Source: Acidimicrobiia bacterium (GTDB taxonomy: Bacteria; Actinomycetota; Acidimicrobiia; Spongiisociales; ZC4RG35). Taken from it: a stretch of DNA of 52,250 nucleotides. How positions within the stretch are numbered: position 1 is the first letter of the stretch; the number at the start of each line of letters is the position of its first letter. Location: NCBI GenBank assembly GCA_035250485.1, contig DATFFB010000016.1, positions 1 to 52,250 of the forward strand, in the 5' to 3' direction. The notes beneath the pieces are model-generated. The model searched no databases. It was not told the origin of the DNA and saw only the letters and a program-made list of their open reading frames with translations. A program made the translations under genes and the position numbers. Of this stretch, positions 28,471-37,461 are shown piece after piece.

Positions 28471-30069
28471 ATGCTGGTTGCCCGCGATGTCCGCCTCGAA
28501 GTTGGGACCCGCCTCCTGGTGGAGGGGGCCTCCTTCAGTCTGCAATCAGGAGACAAGGTGGGTTTGGTGGGCCGCAACGGCGCCGGCAAGACCACGCTCT
28601 TGCGGACCCTGGCGGGCTATCACCAACCAAGCTCCGGCTCGGTTCTTCGGTCGGGCAATCTCGGTTACTTCTCCCAGGAGGCGGTGCTCCCGGATCTGGA
28701 GCGACCGGATATGACGGCGCTCGAGCGCATCCTTTCGGCGCGCCAGATCGGTGCGCTGTTGCGCCGCATCGAGGAAACCCGAAAGAAGATGGAACGCCTC
28801 GACGGCGAGGCCCGTGATGAGGCCATACGCCGTCATGGGAGGCTGCAAGACGAGTTCGATACCAAAGGTGGATACGTGGCGGAAGCCGAAGCCAAACAGG
28901 TGGCCGCCAACCTCGGCATCGGCATGGCCGAGCTGGAACAGTCTGTGGCAACCATGTCGGGAGGGCAACGTCGCAGGGTCGAACTGGCTCGCATCCTCTT
29001 TGCCGAAACGGAGACGCTGCTGCTGGATGAACCCACGAACCACCTCGACCTCGACGCCAAGGCCTGGCTGGTGGAATATCTATCGGGCTACCGCGGCGGG
29101 ATGCTCCTCGTGAGCCACGATCTCCCCCTTCTCGACACGGCGATCACTTCGGTGCTCGATCTCGACCATGCTCGCCTCGAGGCCTACCGGGGGAATTACT
29201 CGAGCTTTGTGGTCGAGCGAACGAAGCGCCGTCAACAGCGAGAGCGAGAACGCCGCCATCAGGACGAAGCAATCGAACGCCTCGAGGCGAATATTCGTCG
29301 ATTCAAGGGCACCACCGAGAAGATGGCCAAGACCGCTCGGGCCTGGGAGACGCGGGTCGAGCGAATGAAGGCAGATCTGGTCGAGATCCAGAAGGGGGGC
29401 AAGAAGGTGGCGCTCCGGTTTCCGCAGCCGGATCCCTCGGGGGTGATTCCCCTTTCCGCTACCAACCTGGCGAAGTCGTTCGGTGACAATCTGGTGTTTC
29501 TCGACGTCGAGGTAACGGTGGAGCGCGGCGAGCGACTCATCATCATCGGGCTCAACGGCGCCGGGAAGACGACCCTCCTGCGAATCCTGGCCGGGGTGGA
29601 AACCCCGGACTTGGGCGAGGTCAAGCTGGGGCATAAGGCAAGCCTCGGCTACTACGCCCAGGAACACGAGCAGATCCGCCCTGGGCTGACGGTGCTCGAC
29701 CACGTGAGGTCGGTTTCCGATCAAACCGATCTGGTGCTGCGCACGCTCCTCGGCCACTTCCTGCTGGCCGACAAGATCGACCAAGAGGCCTCGACATTGT
29801 CCGGAGGGGAGAAGACCAAGTTGGCCCTCGCCATGGTGGTGCTGGCTCGCCCGAATGTTCTGCTGCTGGACGAGCCCACCAACAATCTCGATCCTCAGGC
29901 CAAAGAAGCGTTGCTCACAGCCCTCGATCGCTACGAGGGAACGATCGTCCTCGTCAGCCACGACACGGACTTCGTCGCCTCGCTCGGGCCGGAACGGGCA
30001 ATCCTGATGCCAGAGGGAAAGAGCCATTACTTCGACGACTCCCTCCTCGAGCTCGTGGCTCTGGCGTAG
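28471..30069 (+). CDS. ABC-F family ATPase (two ABC domains, no TM domain)
   Basis: Two Walker A sites (GRNGAGKTTLL, GLNGAGKTTLL), two signatures (MSGGQRRR, LSGGEKTK) and a charged inter-domain linker (about 70 aa by eye). Confidence 0.92.
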   Translation: MLVARDVRLEVGTRLLVEGASFSLQSGDKVGLVGRNGAGKTTLLRTLAGYHQPSSGSVLRSGNLGYFSQEAVLPDLERPDMTALERILSARQIGALLRRIEETRKKMERLDGEARDEAIRRHGRLQDEFDTKGGYVAEAEAKQVAANLGIGMAELEQSVATMSGGQRRRVELARILFAETETLLLDEPTNHLDLDAKAWLVEYLSGYRGGMLLVSHDLPLLDTAITSVLDLDHARLEAYRGNYSSFVVERTKRRQQRERERRHQDEAIERLEANIRRFKGTTEKMAKTARAWETRVERMKADLVEIQKGGKKVALRFPQPDPSGVIPLSATNLAKSFGDNLVFLDVEVTVERGERLIIIGLNGAGKTTLLRILAGVETPDLGEVKLGHKASLGYYAQEHEQIRPGLTVLDHVRSVSDQTDLVLRTLLGHFLLADKIDQEASTLSGGEKTKLALAMVVLARPNVLLLDEPTNNLDPQAKEALLTALDRYEGTIVLVSHDTDFVASLGPERAILMPEGKSHYFDDSLLELVALA

Positions 30070-30071
30070 CT

Positions 30072-30176
30072 CTGCGCGGATTTTCAGCACCTATAGCGCG
30101 AAAAATCCGCGCAGAACCATTGTGTCGCTCATCCTGCGCGGATTTTCTTGACTTATGGCGCGAAAAATCCGCGCAG
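30072..30176. repeat. Two tandem copies (62-bp period) of a 43-bp palindromic element between convergent genes
   Basis: 30072-30114 and 30134-30176. Both have arms CTGCGCGGATTTTC / GAAAAATCCGCGCAG, identical in the two copies. The 14-nt loops differ at 5 positions. Confidence 0.85.
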
Positions 30177-30181
30177 ATCGT

Positions 30182-30604
30182 TTAGTTGTTGGAAGGGGCC
30201 TTCGAGATGTCCGCCAGGGCCGAGGAGGGATCCTTCTCGATCGCCAGGTCGCCGAGGGAGACGATGCCCACCAGGTTGTCGCCATCAACCACCGGCACGC
30301 GGCGGATGTTGTACTGGCGCATCGTCGATACTGCCTCTTCAACCGGTTGATCCGGAGCAAGGGTGACGGGATCGTGATTGCAGACCTCTTCCACTGTTGC
30401 TGAACGGGGGTCGAGGCCCTCGGCCAGGCCTCGCACGACCAAATCGCGATCGGTGACGAGACCGCAGAGGGTTCCGTCATCACGCATCACCAGCACGTCT
30501 CCAATCTCCTGATCACGCATCATTTGGGCAGCCTCGTTGAGCGTGGCCGTGGTCATCACCCCGTAGGGGTTCCTGGTCATTACTTGTGCGATCTGTTGTC
30601 CCAT
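30182..30604 (-). CDS. CBS domain pair protein
   Basis: 140 aa with two CBS repeats (VMTRNP...DRDLV; VCNHDP...VSLGDL). Confidence 0.9.
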   Translation of the reverse strand: MGQQIAQVMTRNPYGVMTTATLNEAAQMMRDQEIGDVLVMRDDGTLCGLVTDRDLVVRGLAEGLDPRSATVEEVCNHDPVTLAPDQPVEEAVSTMRQYNIRRVPVVDGDNLVGIVSLGDLAIEKDPSSALADISKAPSNN

Positions 30605-30615
30605 GACGTCTCCTT

Positions 30616-30948
30616 TTACGAGCGGGAGTCGACGGCCTTCTTCAACTCGGCCTTGCTCATCTTGGAGCGACCCCTGATGTTCTTGTCCTTGGCCTCCTCA
30701 TAAAGCTGATCTCGAGTCCGGCCCCCGGGGCCGCTATGCGAGCGTTGTCCACCCCGCCGGCTCGGCGACATGTCCTCGCGCGACAGCCGAGAAGATTCTC
30801 TGGCCTCCCCCTCCTGGGCTCGGGTTTTGTTCACGGTCCGGGCAGCGATTTCTTCGGCCTTGCTCTTGGACTCCCCCCGATCCAGGAGGCCTTCCTTGAT
30901 GTGCTCGTATTGCCGTTCCCGCTTTTTACTCCAGGCTTGCTGCGGCAT
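30616..30948 (-). CDS. Small basic protein with C-terminal Rho_N/SAP-like helix-extended-helix motif
   Basis: About 110 aa. C-terminus TRDQLYEEAKDKNIRGRSKMSKAELKKAV resembles the Rho N-terminal domain (compare rho [14 protein letters not shown]...KSKLISAL). Start trimmed to Met18. Confidence 0.6.
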   Translation of the reverse strand: MPQQAWSKKRERQYEHIKEGLLDRGESKSKAEEIAARTVNKTRAQEGEARESSRLSREDMSPSRRGGQRSHSGPGGRTRDQLYEEAKDKNIRGRSKMSKAELKKAVDSRS

Positions 30949-31037
30949 AACTCTCCTTACCTCCGCTTCCTGGCGGTACCCGCCCGCGATTGCCACCAAA
31001 CCCGCAAGGTTTGGTGGCAGCGGTACCTTCGGGGTCC

Positions 31038-31718
31038 ATGACCGCTACCCAATCCCTCGTTGAGTTCGTGCAGGCCGAGCTGACGGCTCTGGCCGATCCA
31101 GCCCGAGCCGGACCAATGGCGGCCTATATGAAGACCGAGATGCCCTTCTACGGCGTTCCCAAGCCCGAGCGGGTCACGATGTCCCGAGAGATCAAACGAC
31201 GCTTTCCCCCGGCCAATGCCAGCCAATATCGCCAGAACGTCCTCTCGTTGTGGAAGCTGCCGCACCGCGAGGAGAAGTACCTGGCAATTGGCTACGCCCG
31301 CCAGTTTCCCGCTTTCGTCGAATTCGCTCAGATCGATCTGTACGAGCGGTTGATCATCGAGGGCGCTTGGTGGGATTTGGTCGATGAGGTCGCGAGCCCG
31401 ATCGTGAGCCGGGTGGTCCTCAACGATCGCCAGCAAATGCGGCCGTTGCTGGAGCGGTGGATCGACAGTCCGGTGATGTGGCTGCGGCGGGCCGCAATCA
31501 TCTGTCACAACGGACACAAGCAGGCAACCGACTGGGCCCAGCTCTCCGACTTCTGCCTCCGGCGGGCAGAGGAGTCGGAGTTCTTCATCCGCAAGGCGAT
31601 CGGTTGGGCGCTCCGCGAATACGCTCGAACCAACCCTGACGCCGTTCGCACCTTCCTTCGCAATCACGGCCCACAGCTATCAGGCCTTTCCTATCGGGAA
31701 GCTGCCAAGCATCTCTGA
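31038..31718 (+). CDS. DNA alkylation repair protein (AlkD-like HEAT-repeat family)
   Basis: FVQAELTALADP..A..MAAYMK...PFYGV and RKAIGWALREYAR motifs typical of the family. Start trimmed to ATG 31038. Confidence 0.8.
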   Translation: MTATQSLVEFVQAELTALADPARAGPMAAYMKTEMPFYGVPKPERVTMSREIKRRFPPANASQYRQNVLSLWKLPHREEKYLAIGYARQFPAFVEFAQIDLYERLIIEGAWWDLVDEVASPIVSRVVLNDRQQMRPLLERWIDSPVMWLRRAAIICHNGHKQATDWAQLSDFCLRRAEESEFFIRKAIGWALREYARTNPDAVRTFLRNHGPQLSGLSYREAAKHL

Positions 31719-31806
31719 TCAGTCAGCCGAAATTCATACCCGGGAACCCCACAGGTACCGACCGGCGTCGTAAAATTCTCGCAGGAGCGAGAACGGGCAG
31801 GAGGAG

Positions 31807-32202
31807 ATGGATCACTCACCGGTGACGCCGACGATCAGATTCGTCGACTTGGACGAGGCGGTTGGCTTCTATCGCGATCGTCTCGGATTCAAAGTCGAAC
31901 GGGGCGATGTCCAGCAGGGAAACATCGCCATCTCGTTCGAGGGCCTCGAGATCATGCTGGAGGGAACCCGCGACTTCTACGGCGAGACCTACAACACGGC
32001 CATCAAGAATCGCATCGGCCAGCAATCGCCCAACGCCCTCTACATCGAAACCGACGACGTGGATGGTCTCTACCGCCAGTATCAGGACGAGAACCTGCGC
32101 ATCATCGATCCGATCGCAGATCGCCCCTGGGGCCAGCGCGAGTTCACCGTCGAGGACCACCTCGGCAACTGGCTGACCTTCTGGCAACTGCTCCCCGAAT
32201 AG
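31807..32202 (+). CDS. VOC family (glyoxalase/bleomycin-resistance fold) protein
   Basis: 131 aa. FYRDRLGF...; C-terminal PWGQREFTVEDHLGNWLTF typical of bleomycin-resistance-like VOC proteins. Confidence 0.8.
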   Translation: MDHSPVTPTIRFVDLDEAVGFYRDRLGFKVERGDVQQGNIAISFEGLEIMLEGTRDFYGETYNTAIKNRIGQQSPNALYIETDDVDGLYRQYQDENLRIIDPIADRPWGQREFTVEDHLGNWLTFWQLLPE

Positions 32203-32251
32203 CCCCCGGCAGCTCCTTTTCTTCCTCGGTTCCCGGGATAAGGTGACGAGA

Positions 32252-33439
32252 ATGTCCGTGTATCTCCGGCTGGGCGATGTCCCGCCCAAGCGCCACACCC
32301 AGATGTGGCGCCACGACCGCCTTCTTACCGAGCAGGTAATGGGTATGGAGGGGTTCTCGGGCAACTATTCGATCCTTTATCACCTGCAAACCCCCTGCCG
32401 GGTGATGGCATTGGGAGGCTTCGAGCCGATTTCGAAGAAGGAGTGGGTCCCCGACGAACACCAGCACATGCTCTTTACCACCGGCGACCTTCCCGCCGGC
32501 GGTGACCTCATCAGCGGGCGACAGCTATTGATGTGGAATACCGAGGTGGAAATCTGGTTCTGCCGCCCGGCGGCCGCTCAGGACGGCTATTACCGCAATG
32601 GCGAGGGTGACGAGGTGATCTTCGTCCATGAGGGGGGAGGGGTGGCGGAGACCATCTTCGGGGACCTGCCCTATCGACAGGGCGACTACATCGTCATCCC
32701 CCGGGGTACCACCTACAGGCTGGTGCCGGAAGGCGAGCAGAAGTACTTGATCTTCGTATCCCCGGGCCAGATAGAGATCCCGCGCCGGTACCGCAACGAA
32801 TACGGCAACCTCCTCGAACACGCCCCCTATTACCACCGCGACCTCCATGGCCCGGCCGAGCTGGTGACGCACGAGGAGCAGGGCGAGTTCACAGTGACCG
32901 TTCGAGTACGAGGAGGCCTGCAGAGGTACGTCCTCGACTATCACCCCTTCAACGTCGTCGGCTGGGACGGCTTCGTTTATCCGTGGACGTTCAACGTGGC
33001 GGATTTCGAGCCCAAGTCGGGTCGCCTCCATCAGCCGCCACCGGCCCATCAAACCTTCGAGGGACCGGGCTTTGTCATCTGTTCTTTCTGCCCGCGCCGT
33101 CTGGAGTGGGATCCGGAGGCAGTCCCCATTCCCTACAACCACTCGAACCTGCAGTCAGACGAGATGATCTATTACGTATCGGGCAACTTCGAGAGCCGCA
33201 AGGGCATTGAGGTGGGATCGATCACGCTCCATCCCTACGGGATACCGCACGGACCTCAGCCCGGCCTGGCCGAGAAGGCGCTCGGCGCCGCCAGCACTCA
33301 GGAGCTGGCGGTCATGTGCGACACCTTTCGGCCGCTGCGACTCGCAACCTTCGCCAAGAAGATCGCCAATCCCGACTACATGTTCAGCTGGTACGAATCA
33401 GCCGGGGCGGCGCCGCCCGAACCCGGGACCATCGCCTGA
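32252..33439 (+). CDS. Homogentisate 1,2-dioxygenase family protein (short bacterial form)
   Basis: About 395 aa cupin-type protein. N-terminal GDVPPKRHTQ, central DEVIFVHEGGG and C-terminal ITLHPYGIPHGPQPG are recalled from short HGD-like proteins. Family call made from memory, not from a search. Confidence 0.65.
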   Translation: MSVYLRLGDVPPKRHTQMWRHDRLLTEQVMGMEGFSGNYSILYHLQTPCRVMALGGFEPISKKEWVPDEHQHMLFTTGDLPAGGDLISGRQLLMWNTEVEIWFCRPAAAQDGYYRNGEGDEVIFVHEGGGVAETIFGDLPYRQGDYIVIPRGTTYRLVPEGEQKYLIFVSPGQIEIPRRYRNEYGNLLEHAPYYHRDLHGPAELVTHEEQGEFTVTVRVRGGLQRYVLDYHPFNVVGWDGFVYPWTFNVADFEPKSGRLHQPPPAHQTFEGPGFVICSFCPRRLEWDPEAVPIPYNHSNLQSDEMIYYVSGNFESRKGIEVGSITLHPYGIPHGPQPGLAEKALGAASTQELAVMCDTFRPLRLATFAKKIANPDYMFSWYESAGAAPPEPGTIA

Positions 33440-33446
33440 CCTCAGT

Positions 33447-34475
33447 ATGAATCACATGCAGTTGGGAATGATCGGTCTGGGGCGGATGGGCGCCAACCTG
33501 GTTCGCCGGCTGATGGGCGGCGGCCACGACTGTGTGGTCTACGACGTCAATCCCGAGCCCGTGGCCGAACTGGTGGGCGAGGGGGCGAAGGGGGCTGACT
33601 CGTTGGCTCGATTTGTCGACCAGCTCAGCCCCCCACGCACGGTGTGGATCATGATTCCGGCCGCGTTTGTCGACTCGACGCTCGACGAGCTCGCCGCGCT
33701 GCTCGATCCCGCCGACGTCGTCATCGACGGCGGCAACAGCTTCTTCGAAGACGACATCGTCCGCCAGAAGCGTCTGGCCGAGCGAGAGATCGTTTACCTC
33801 GATATCGGAACGAGCGGAGGGGTCTACGGACTCGAGCGTGGTTTCTGCCTGATGATCGGTGGGGATAGCGAGACTGTTCACCGTCTCGAGCCGATTTGGA
33901 AGACCCTGTCCCCCGGAATCGACGCAGCCAGCCGCACGCCGGGCAAAAAGGGCGAGCCCGGCCCGGGAGAGATGGGCTATCTCCATTGCGGGCCCACTGG
34001 AGCCGGACACTTCGTCAAGATGATCCACAATGGGGTCGAGTACGGGATCATGGCTGCCTACGCCGAGGGGCTGGCGATTCTCGAGCGGGCCGACCTCGGC
34101 TCGGCGCATCGCCGTCAGGATGCCGAAACCGCGCCCCTCCGCCACGCCTGGAGATATCAGTACGAGATGGATCTGGCCGCGATCTCCGAGGTGTGGAGGC
34201 GGGGGAGCGTCGTCACGTCCTGGTTACTCGATCTCACCACCCAGGCCCTCGCCGCCGATCCCGACCTTTCCGATTTCACCGGCCACGTTTCCGACTCCGG
34301 CGAAGGGCGGTGGACGGTCCAGGCGGCTGTGGATCTGGGCGTGCCCGCCACCGTGATCGCCGCCGCCTTGCATCAACGCTTTGCCTCTCGCGACGAGGGG
34401 GACTTTGCCGACCGGGCCCTCTCGGCGATGCGCAAGCAGTTCGGGGGGCACGTTGAGGTTCCCGCCGGTGGGTGA
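33447..34475 (+). CDS. gnd: 6-phosphogluconate dehydrogenase, decarboxylating (short Gnd/YqeC-like form)
   Basis: [11 protein letters not shown] Rossmann motif, [24 protein letters not shown]. Start trimmed to ATG 33447. Confidence 0.9.
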   Translation: MNHMQLGMIGLGRMGANLVRRLMGGGHDCVVYDVNPEPVAELVGEGAKGADSLARFVDQLSPPRTVWIMIPAAFVDSTLDELAALLDPADVVIDGGNSFFEDDIVRQKRLAEREIVYLDIGTSGGVYGLERGFCLMIGGDSETVHRLEPIWKTLSPGIDAASRTPGKKGEPGPGEMGYLHCGPTGAGHFVKMIHNGVEYGIMAAYAEGLAILERADLGSAHRRQDAETAPLRHAWRYQYEMDLAAISEVWRRGSVVTSWLLDLTTQALAADPDLSDFTGHVSDSGEGRWTVQAAVDLGVPATVIAAALHQRFASRDEGDFADRALSAMRKQFGGHVEVPAGG

Positions 34476-35859
34476 AGCCGCCGATGCCCTCCTCCTCTTC
34501 GGCATTTCTGGGGATCTCGCCAAGAAGAAGCTTTTTCCGGCCCTCTACGACCTCCAGGCCTCCGGGCACCTCAAGATCCCAGTGGTCGGAGTGGCGGCGA
34601 CGGACTGGACAGACGACGATCTCCGCCGGCGGGCTCGAGAGTCGCTCGAAAGTGCGGCGAAGAAGATCGATGAAGACGTCCTGGCCGACCTCTGCAACCG
34701 GCTCCACTACGTGGCGGGTCAGTACGAGGACCTCGAGATCTATGGGCGGGTGGCAGATTGTGTCGGCAAGACCGAGATGCCGGTGGCATACCTGGCGATC
34801 CCGCCCGCTCTCTTTCGGACTGTCATCCACGGCCTTACATCGGTCGGACTCAACCGGGGGCGGGTCGTAGTCGAGAAGCCCTTCGGGCGCGATCGCGCCT
34901 CCGCCCACGCCCTCAACCTTCTCCTCCACGAGTCCTACGACGAGAAATCCATCTACCGCATCGATCACTTTCTCGGCAAGGAACCCGTCCTCAACCTCCT
35001 CGTGTTTCGATTCGCCAACGCCCTGCTCGAGCCGGTTTGGAACCGCCACTACATCGACAACGTCCAGATCACCCTCGCCGAGTCCTTCGGCGTGGACGGC
35101 CGGGGATCTTTCTATGACGGGGTCGGAGCTCTGAAAGACGTCGTCCAAAACCATCTCCTGCAAGTCGTGAGCCTGCTCGCCATGGAACCGCCTATATCTG
35201 ACGAGGCTGACGCACTGCGGGACGAGACCGTGAAGGTCCTCAAAACCGTCACCACCTTTCGCCCCGAACAAGTTATTCGCGGTCAATACCGCGGTTATCA
35301 GAACGAGCCGGGCGTCGCGCCCAACTCGACCACCGAGACCTTCGTCGCCCTTGAGCTCGAAATCGACTCCTGGCGATGGGCAGGTGTGCCCTTCTACGTT
35401 CGAGCCGGAAAGGGCCTGGCCACCACGCTGACTGAGGCCGTCGTCGAATTCAAGTCGCCACCTCACATGCTCTTCGCCGCCGACAATCGAATTCCCCACG
35501 CCAACACCCTCCATTTCCGGATGAATCCCGATTACCTCATCGGGCTCAGCCTTCAGGCCAAGCGTCCGGGAGAAAAGCTGGTGTCGCACGGCGTTGACCT
35601 CGACGTGCAGACCGAGCAGGAGATAGGAATCGAGGGTAAGGAGGCATACGAGCGGTTGCTGGGGGACGCTCTCGAAGGGGATCAACGCCTCTTCGCCCGG
35701 GAGGATTCGGTGGAGGAGGCGTGGCGCATCGTTGAAGCCGCGATCGAAAACCCGGGTCGACCCGAGGTTTACGACGTCGGCTCCTGGGGACCACCGGCGG
35801 CCACCTATCTCGTGGGACATAATCACCACTGGCACGCGGGCGAGAAGGTTTCCGACTGA
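34468..35859 (+). CDS. zwf: Glucose-6-phosphate dehydrogenase
   Basis: [33 protein letters not shown] active-site motif. Probable GTG start overlapping the gnd stop by 8 nt. Confidence 0.93.
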   Translation: MGEAADALLLFGISGDLAKKKLFPALYDLQASGHLKIPVVGVAATDWTDDDLRRRARESLESAAKKIDEDVLADLCNRLHYVAGQYEDLEIYGRVADCVGKTEMPVAYLAIPPALFRTVIHGLTSVGLNRGRVVVEKPFGRDRASAHALNLLLHESYDEKSIYRIDHFLGKEPVLNLLVFRFANALLEPVWNRHYIDNVQITLAESFGVDGRGSFYDGVGALKDVVQNHLLQVVSLLAMEPPISDEADALRDETVKVLKTVTTFRPEQVIRGQYRGYQNEPGVAPNSTTETFVALELEIDSWRWAGVPFYVRAGKGLATTLTEAVVEFKSPPHMLFAADNRIPHANTLHFRMNPDYLIGLSLQAKRPGEKLVSHGVDLDVQTEQEIGIEGKEAYERLLGDALEGDQRLFAREDSVEEAWRIVEAAIENPGRPEVYDVGSWGPPAATYLVGHNHHWHAGEKVSD

Positions 35860-36434
35860 TGACGAGGATGGTGTTGGTCCGGCACGGTGAAACCGAATGG
35901 ACGAGGTCCCATCGCCACACCGGACGATCCGATATCCCGCTGACGGACGAGGGACGTGAGCAGGCCCGAGTCCTTGGCCGACGGCTGTCGGTTTTCGATT
36001 TCGAGCTGATCCTGACCTCACCTGCCTTGCGGACCCACGAAACGGCCAGCATTGCCGGGCTTGGTGCATCGGCCACCACCGATCCCGATCTCTGGGAATG
36101 GGACTACGGCAAATATGAGGGCACCCGGACTGTCGATATCCGCTCGGAGATCGAGGGTTGGTCGGTGTGGACCCACGAGATGATTGGGGGGGAGAGCCTC
36201 GATCACCTCGGAGAGCGCTGCGATCGGGTCATTGCCCGCGTCAAGCGGGTAGAAGGCGATGTCGCCGTGTTCGGCCACGCCCATGCCCTCCGGGTGCTGG
36301 CGGCGCGATGGCTGGGTCAGGACGCGGGCTTTGGCGCCCAGCTGGTCTTGTCTACCGCTTCGATATCAATCCTCGGATACGAACGAGAGACGCCGGCGAT
36401 CCTCCTCTGGAACGAGGTCACCGCGGAGGCCTAG
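35859..36434 (+). CDS. Histidine phosphatase (phosphoglycerate-mutase-like) family protein
   Basis: LVRHGETEW catalytic RHG motif and downstream GHAH. The ATG overlaps the zwf stop (TGATG). Confidence 0.88.
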   Translation: MTRMVLVRHGETEWTRSHRHTGRSDIPLTDEGREQARVLGRRLSVFDFELILTSPALRTHETASIAGLGASATTDPDLWEWDYGKYEGTRTVDIRSEIEGWSVWTHEMIGGESLDHLGERCDRVIARVKRVEGDVAVFGHAHALRVLAARWLGQDAGFGAQLVLSTASISILGYERETPAILLWNEVTAEA

Positions 36435-36450
36435 CCTCGCCGCGGACTGG

Positions 36451-37461
36451 CTAGTTGACCTGCCAGGTTCCGGCCGAGGAAATGAGTTGAGCGAGATCGC
36501 CGGGTCCTCGCCTGCCCTGGGCGTCGGCGAGCTGTTGGCTCATCACCGTCTCATATGTTGGGCGGCGGACGCTGCGGAAGATCCCGAGTGGAGTGGGCCC
36601 GTAAGGACCGTGCGAAAGCCGGGAAAGGGCAAAGGCGATCGTTGGATCGGGCCGGTGCTGATCGTGGACCAGAATCCGGCTGGAATCAACGGCGGCAGTC
36701 TCCACGATCTGGGCGCGGCCATCGTCAAAGATCACCCCCCGCTCACCGGCGGGGCCGAAGGTGATCGGCTTGCCGTGGACGAGATCGATGCGGTTGATCG
36801 CTCGTTCGTCTTTGCCGGTGAGGGCGATGAAGGCTTTGTCGTTGAAGACGTTGCAGTTTTGGTAGATCTCGATGAAGGCGGTGCCTTGATGCTCATGCGC
36901 TGCCTTCAGGATCTCGGTGGTGTGCGTCCGGTCCATGTCGATCGTCCGGGCAACAAACGAGGCCTCCGCCCCCAGCGCCAGGCTGATGGGGTTGAACGGA
37001 TAGTCGACCGAGCCCATGGGGGTCGACTTGGTCTGCTTGCCGACCTCGGAGGTCGGTGAGTACTGGCCCTTCGTCAACCCGTAGATCTGATTGTTGAACA
37101 GAAGAATCTTGAGGTTGAAGTTGCGGCGCAGGGCGTGGATGAGGTGGTTTCCGCCGATGGACAGGGCGTCTCCGTCCCCGGTTACCACCCACACTGAGAG
37201 ATCGGGTCGGGTGGCGGCGATGCCCGAGGCAATGGCGGGGGCGCGGCCGTGGATCGAATGCATCCCGTAGGTGTTCATGTAGTAGGGGAAGCGCGACGAG
37301 CAGCCAATCCCGGATACGAAGACGATCTTCTCCCGGGGCACCCCCATCCCGGCCATGAAGCCCTGCACAGCCGCCAGGATCGTGTAGTCACCGCAGCCCG
37401 GGCACCAGCGGACCTCCTGGTCGGTCTGGAAATCGGCCCTTGTGTAGGTGGGAGTCGTCAT
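36451..37461 (-). CDS. korB: 2-oxoacid:ferredoxin oxidoreductase subunit beta (KorB-type)
   Basis: CPGCGDY and TPP-binding GDGD...N motifs. 4-nt overlap with the alpha subunit gene. Confidence 0.92.
   Translation of the reverse strand: MTTPTYTRADFQTDQEVRWCPGCGDYTILAAVQGFMAGMGVPREKIVFVSGIGCSSRFPYYMNTYGMHSIHGRAPAIASGIAATRPDLSVWVVTGDGDALSIGGNHLIHALRRNFNLKILLFNNQIYGLTKGQYSPTSEVGKQTKSTPMGSVDYPFNPISLALGAEASFVARTIDMDRTHTTEILKAAHEHQGTAFIEIYQNCNVFNDKAFIALTGKDERAINRIDLVHGKPITFGPAGERGVIFDDGRAQIVETAAVDSSRILVHDQHRPDPTIAFALSRLSHGPYGPTPLGIFRSVRRPTYETVMSQQLADAQGRRGPGDLAQLISSAGTWQVN

Noticed and set aside
28471-30069. ABC-F protein as an antibiotic-resistance (ARE) ribosome-protection factor
   Set aside because: By eye, the inter-domain linker is about 70 aa, not obviously extended as in ARE-type ABC-Fs. 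Subfamily assignment needs phylogeny. It is kept only as context in the operon finding.
34276-36069. 597-aa ORF on the minus strand spanning gnd, zwf and the phosphatase gene
   Set aside because: It runs antisense to three plus-strand genes that carry unambiguous catalytic motifs. Its translation is Arg/Pro/Gly-rich low complexity with no motifs. This is the typical open antisense frame of high-GC DNA.
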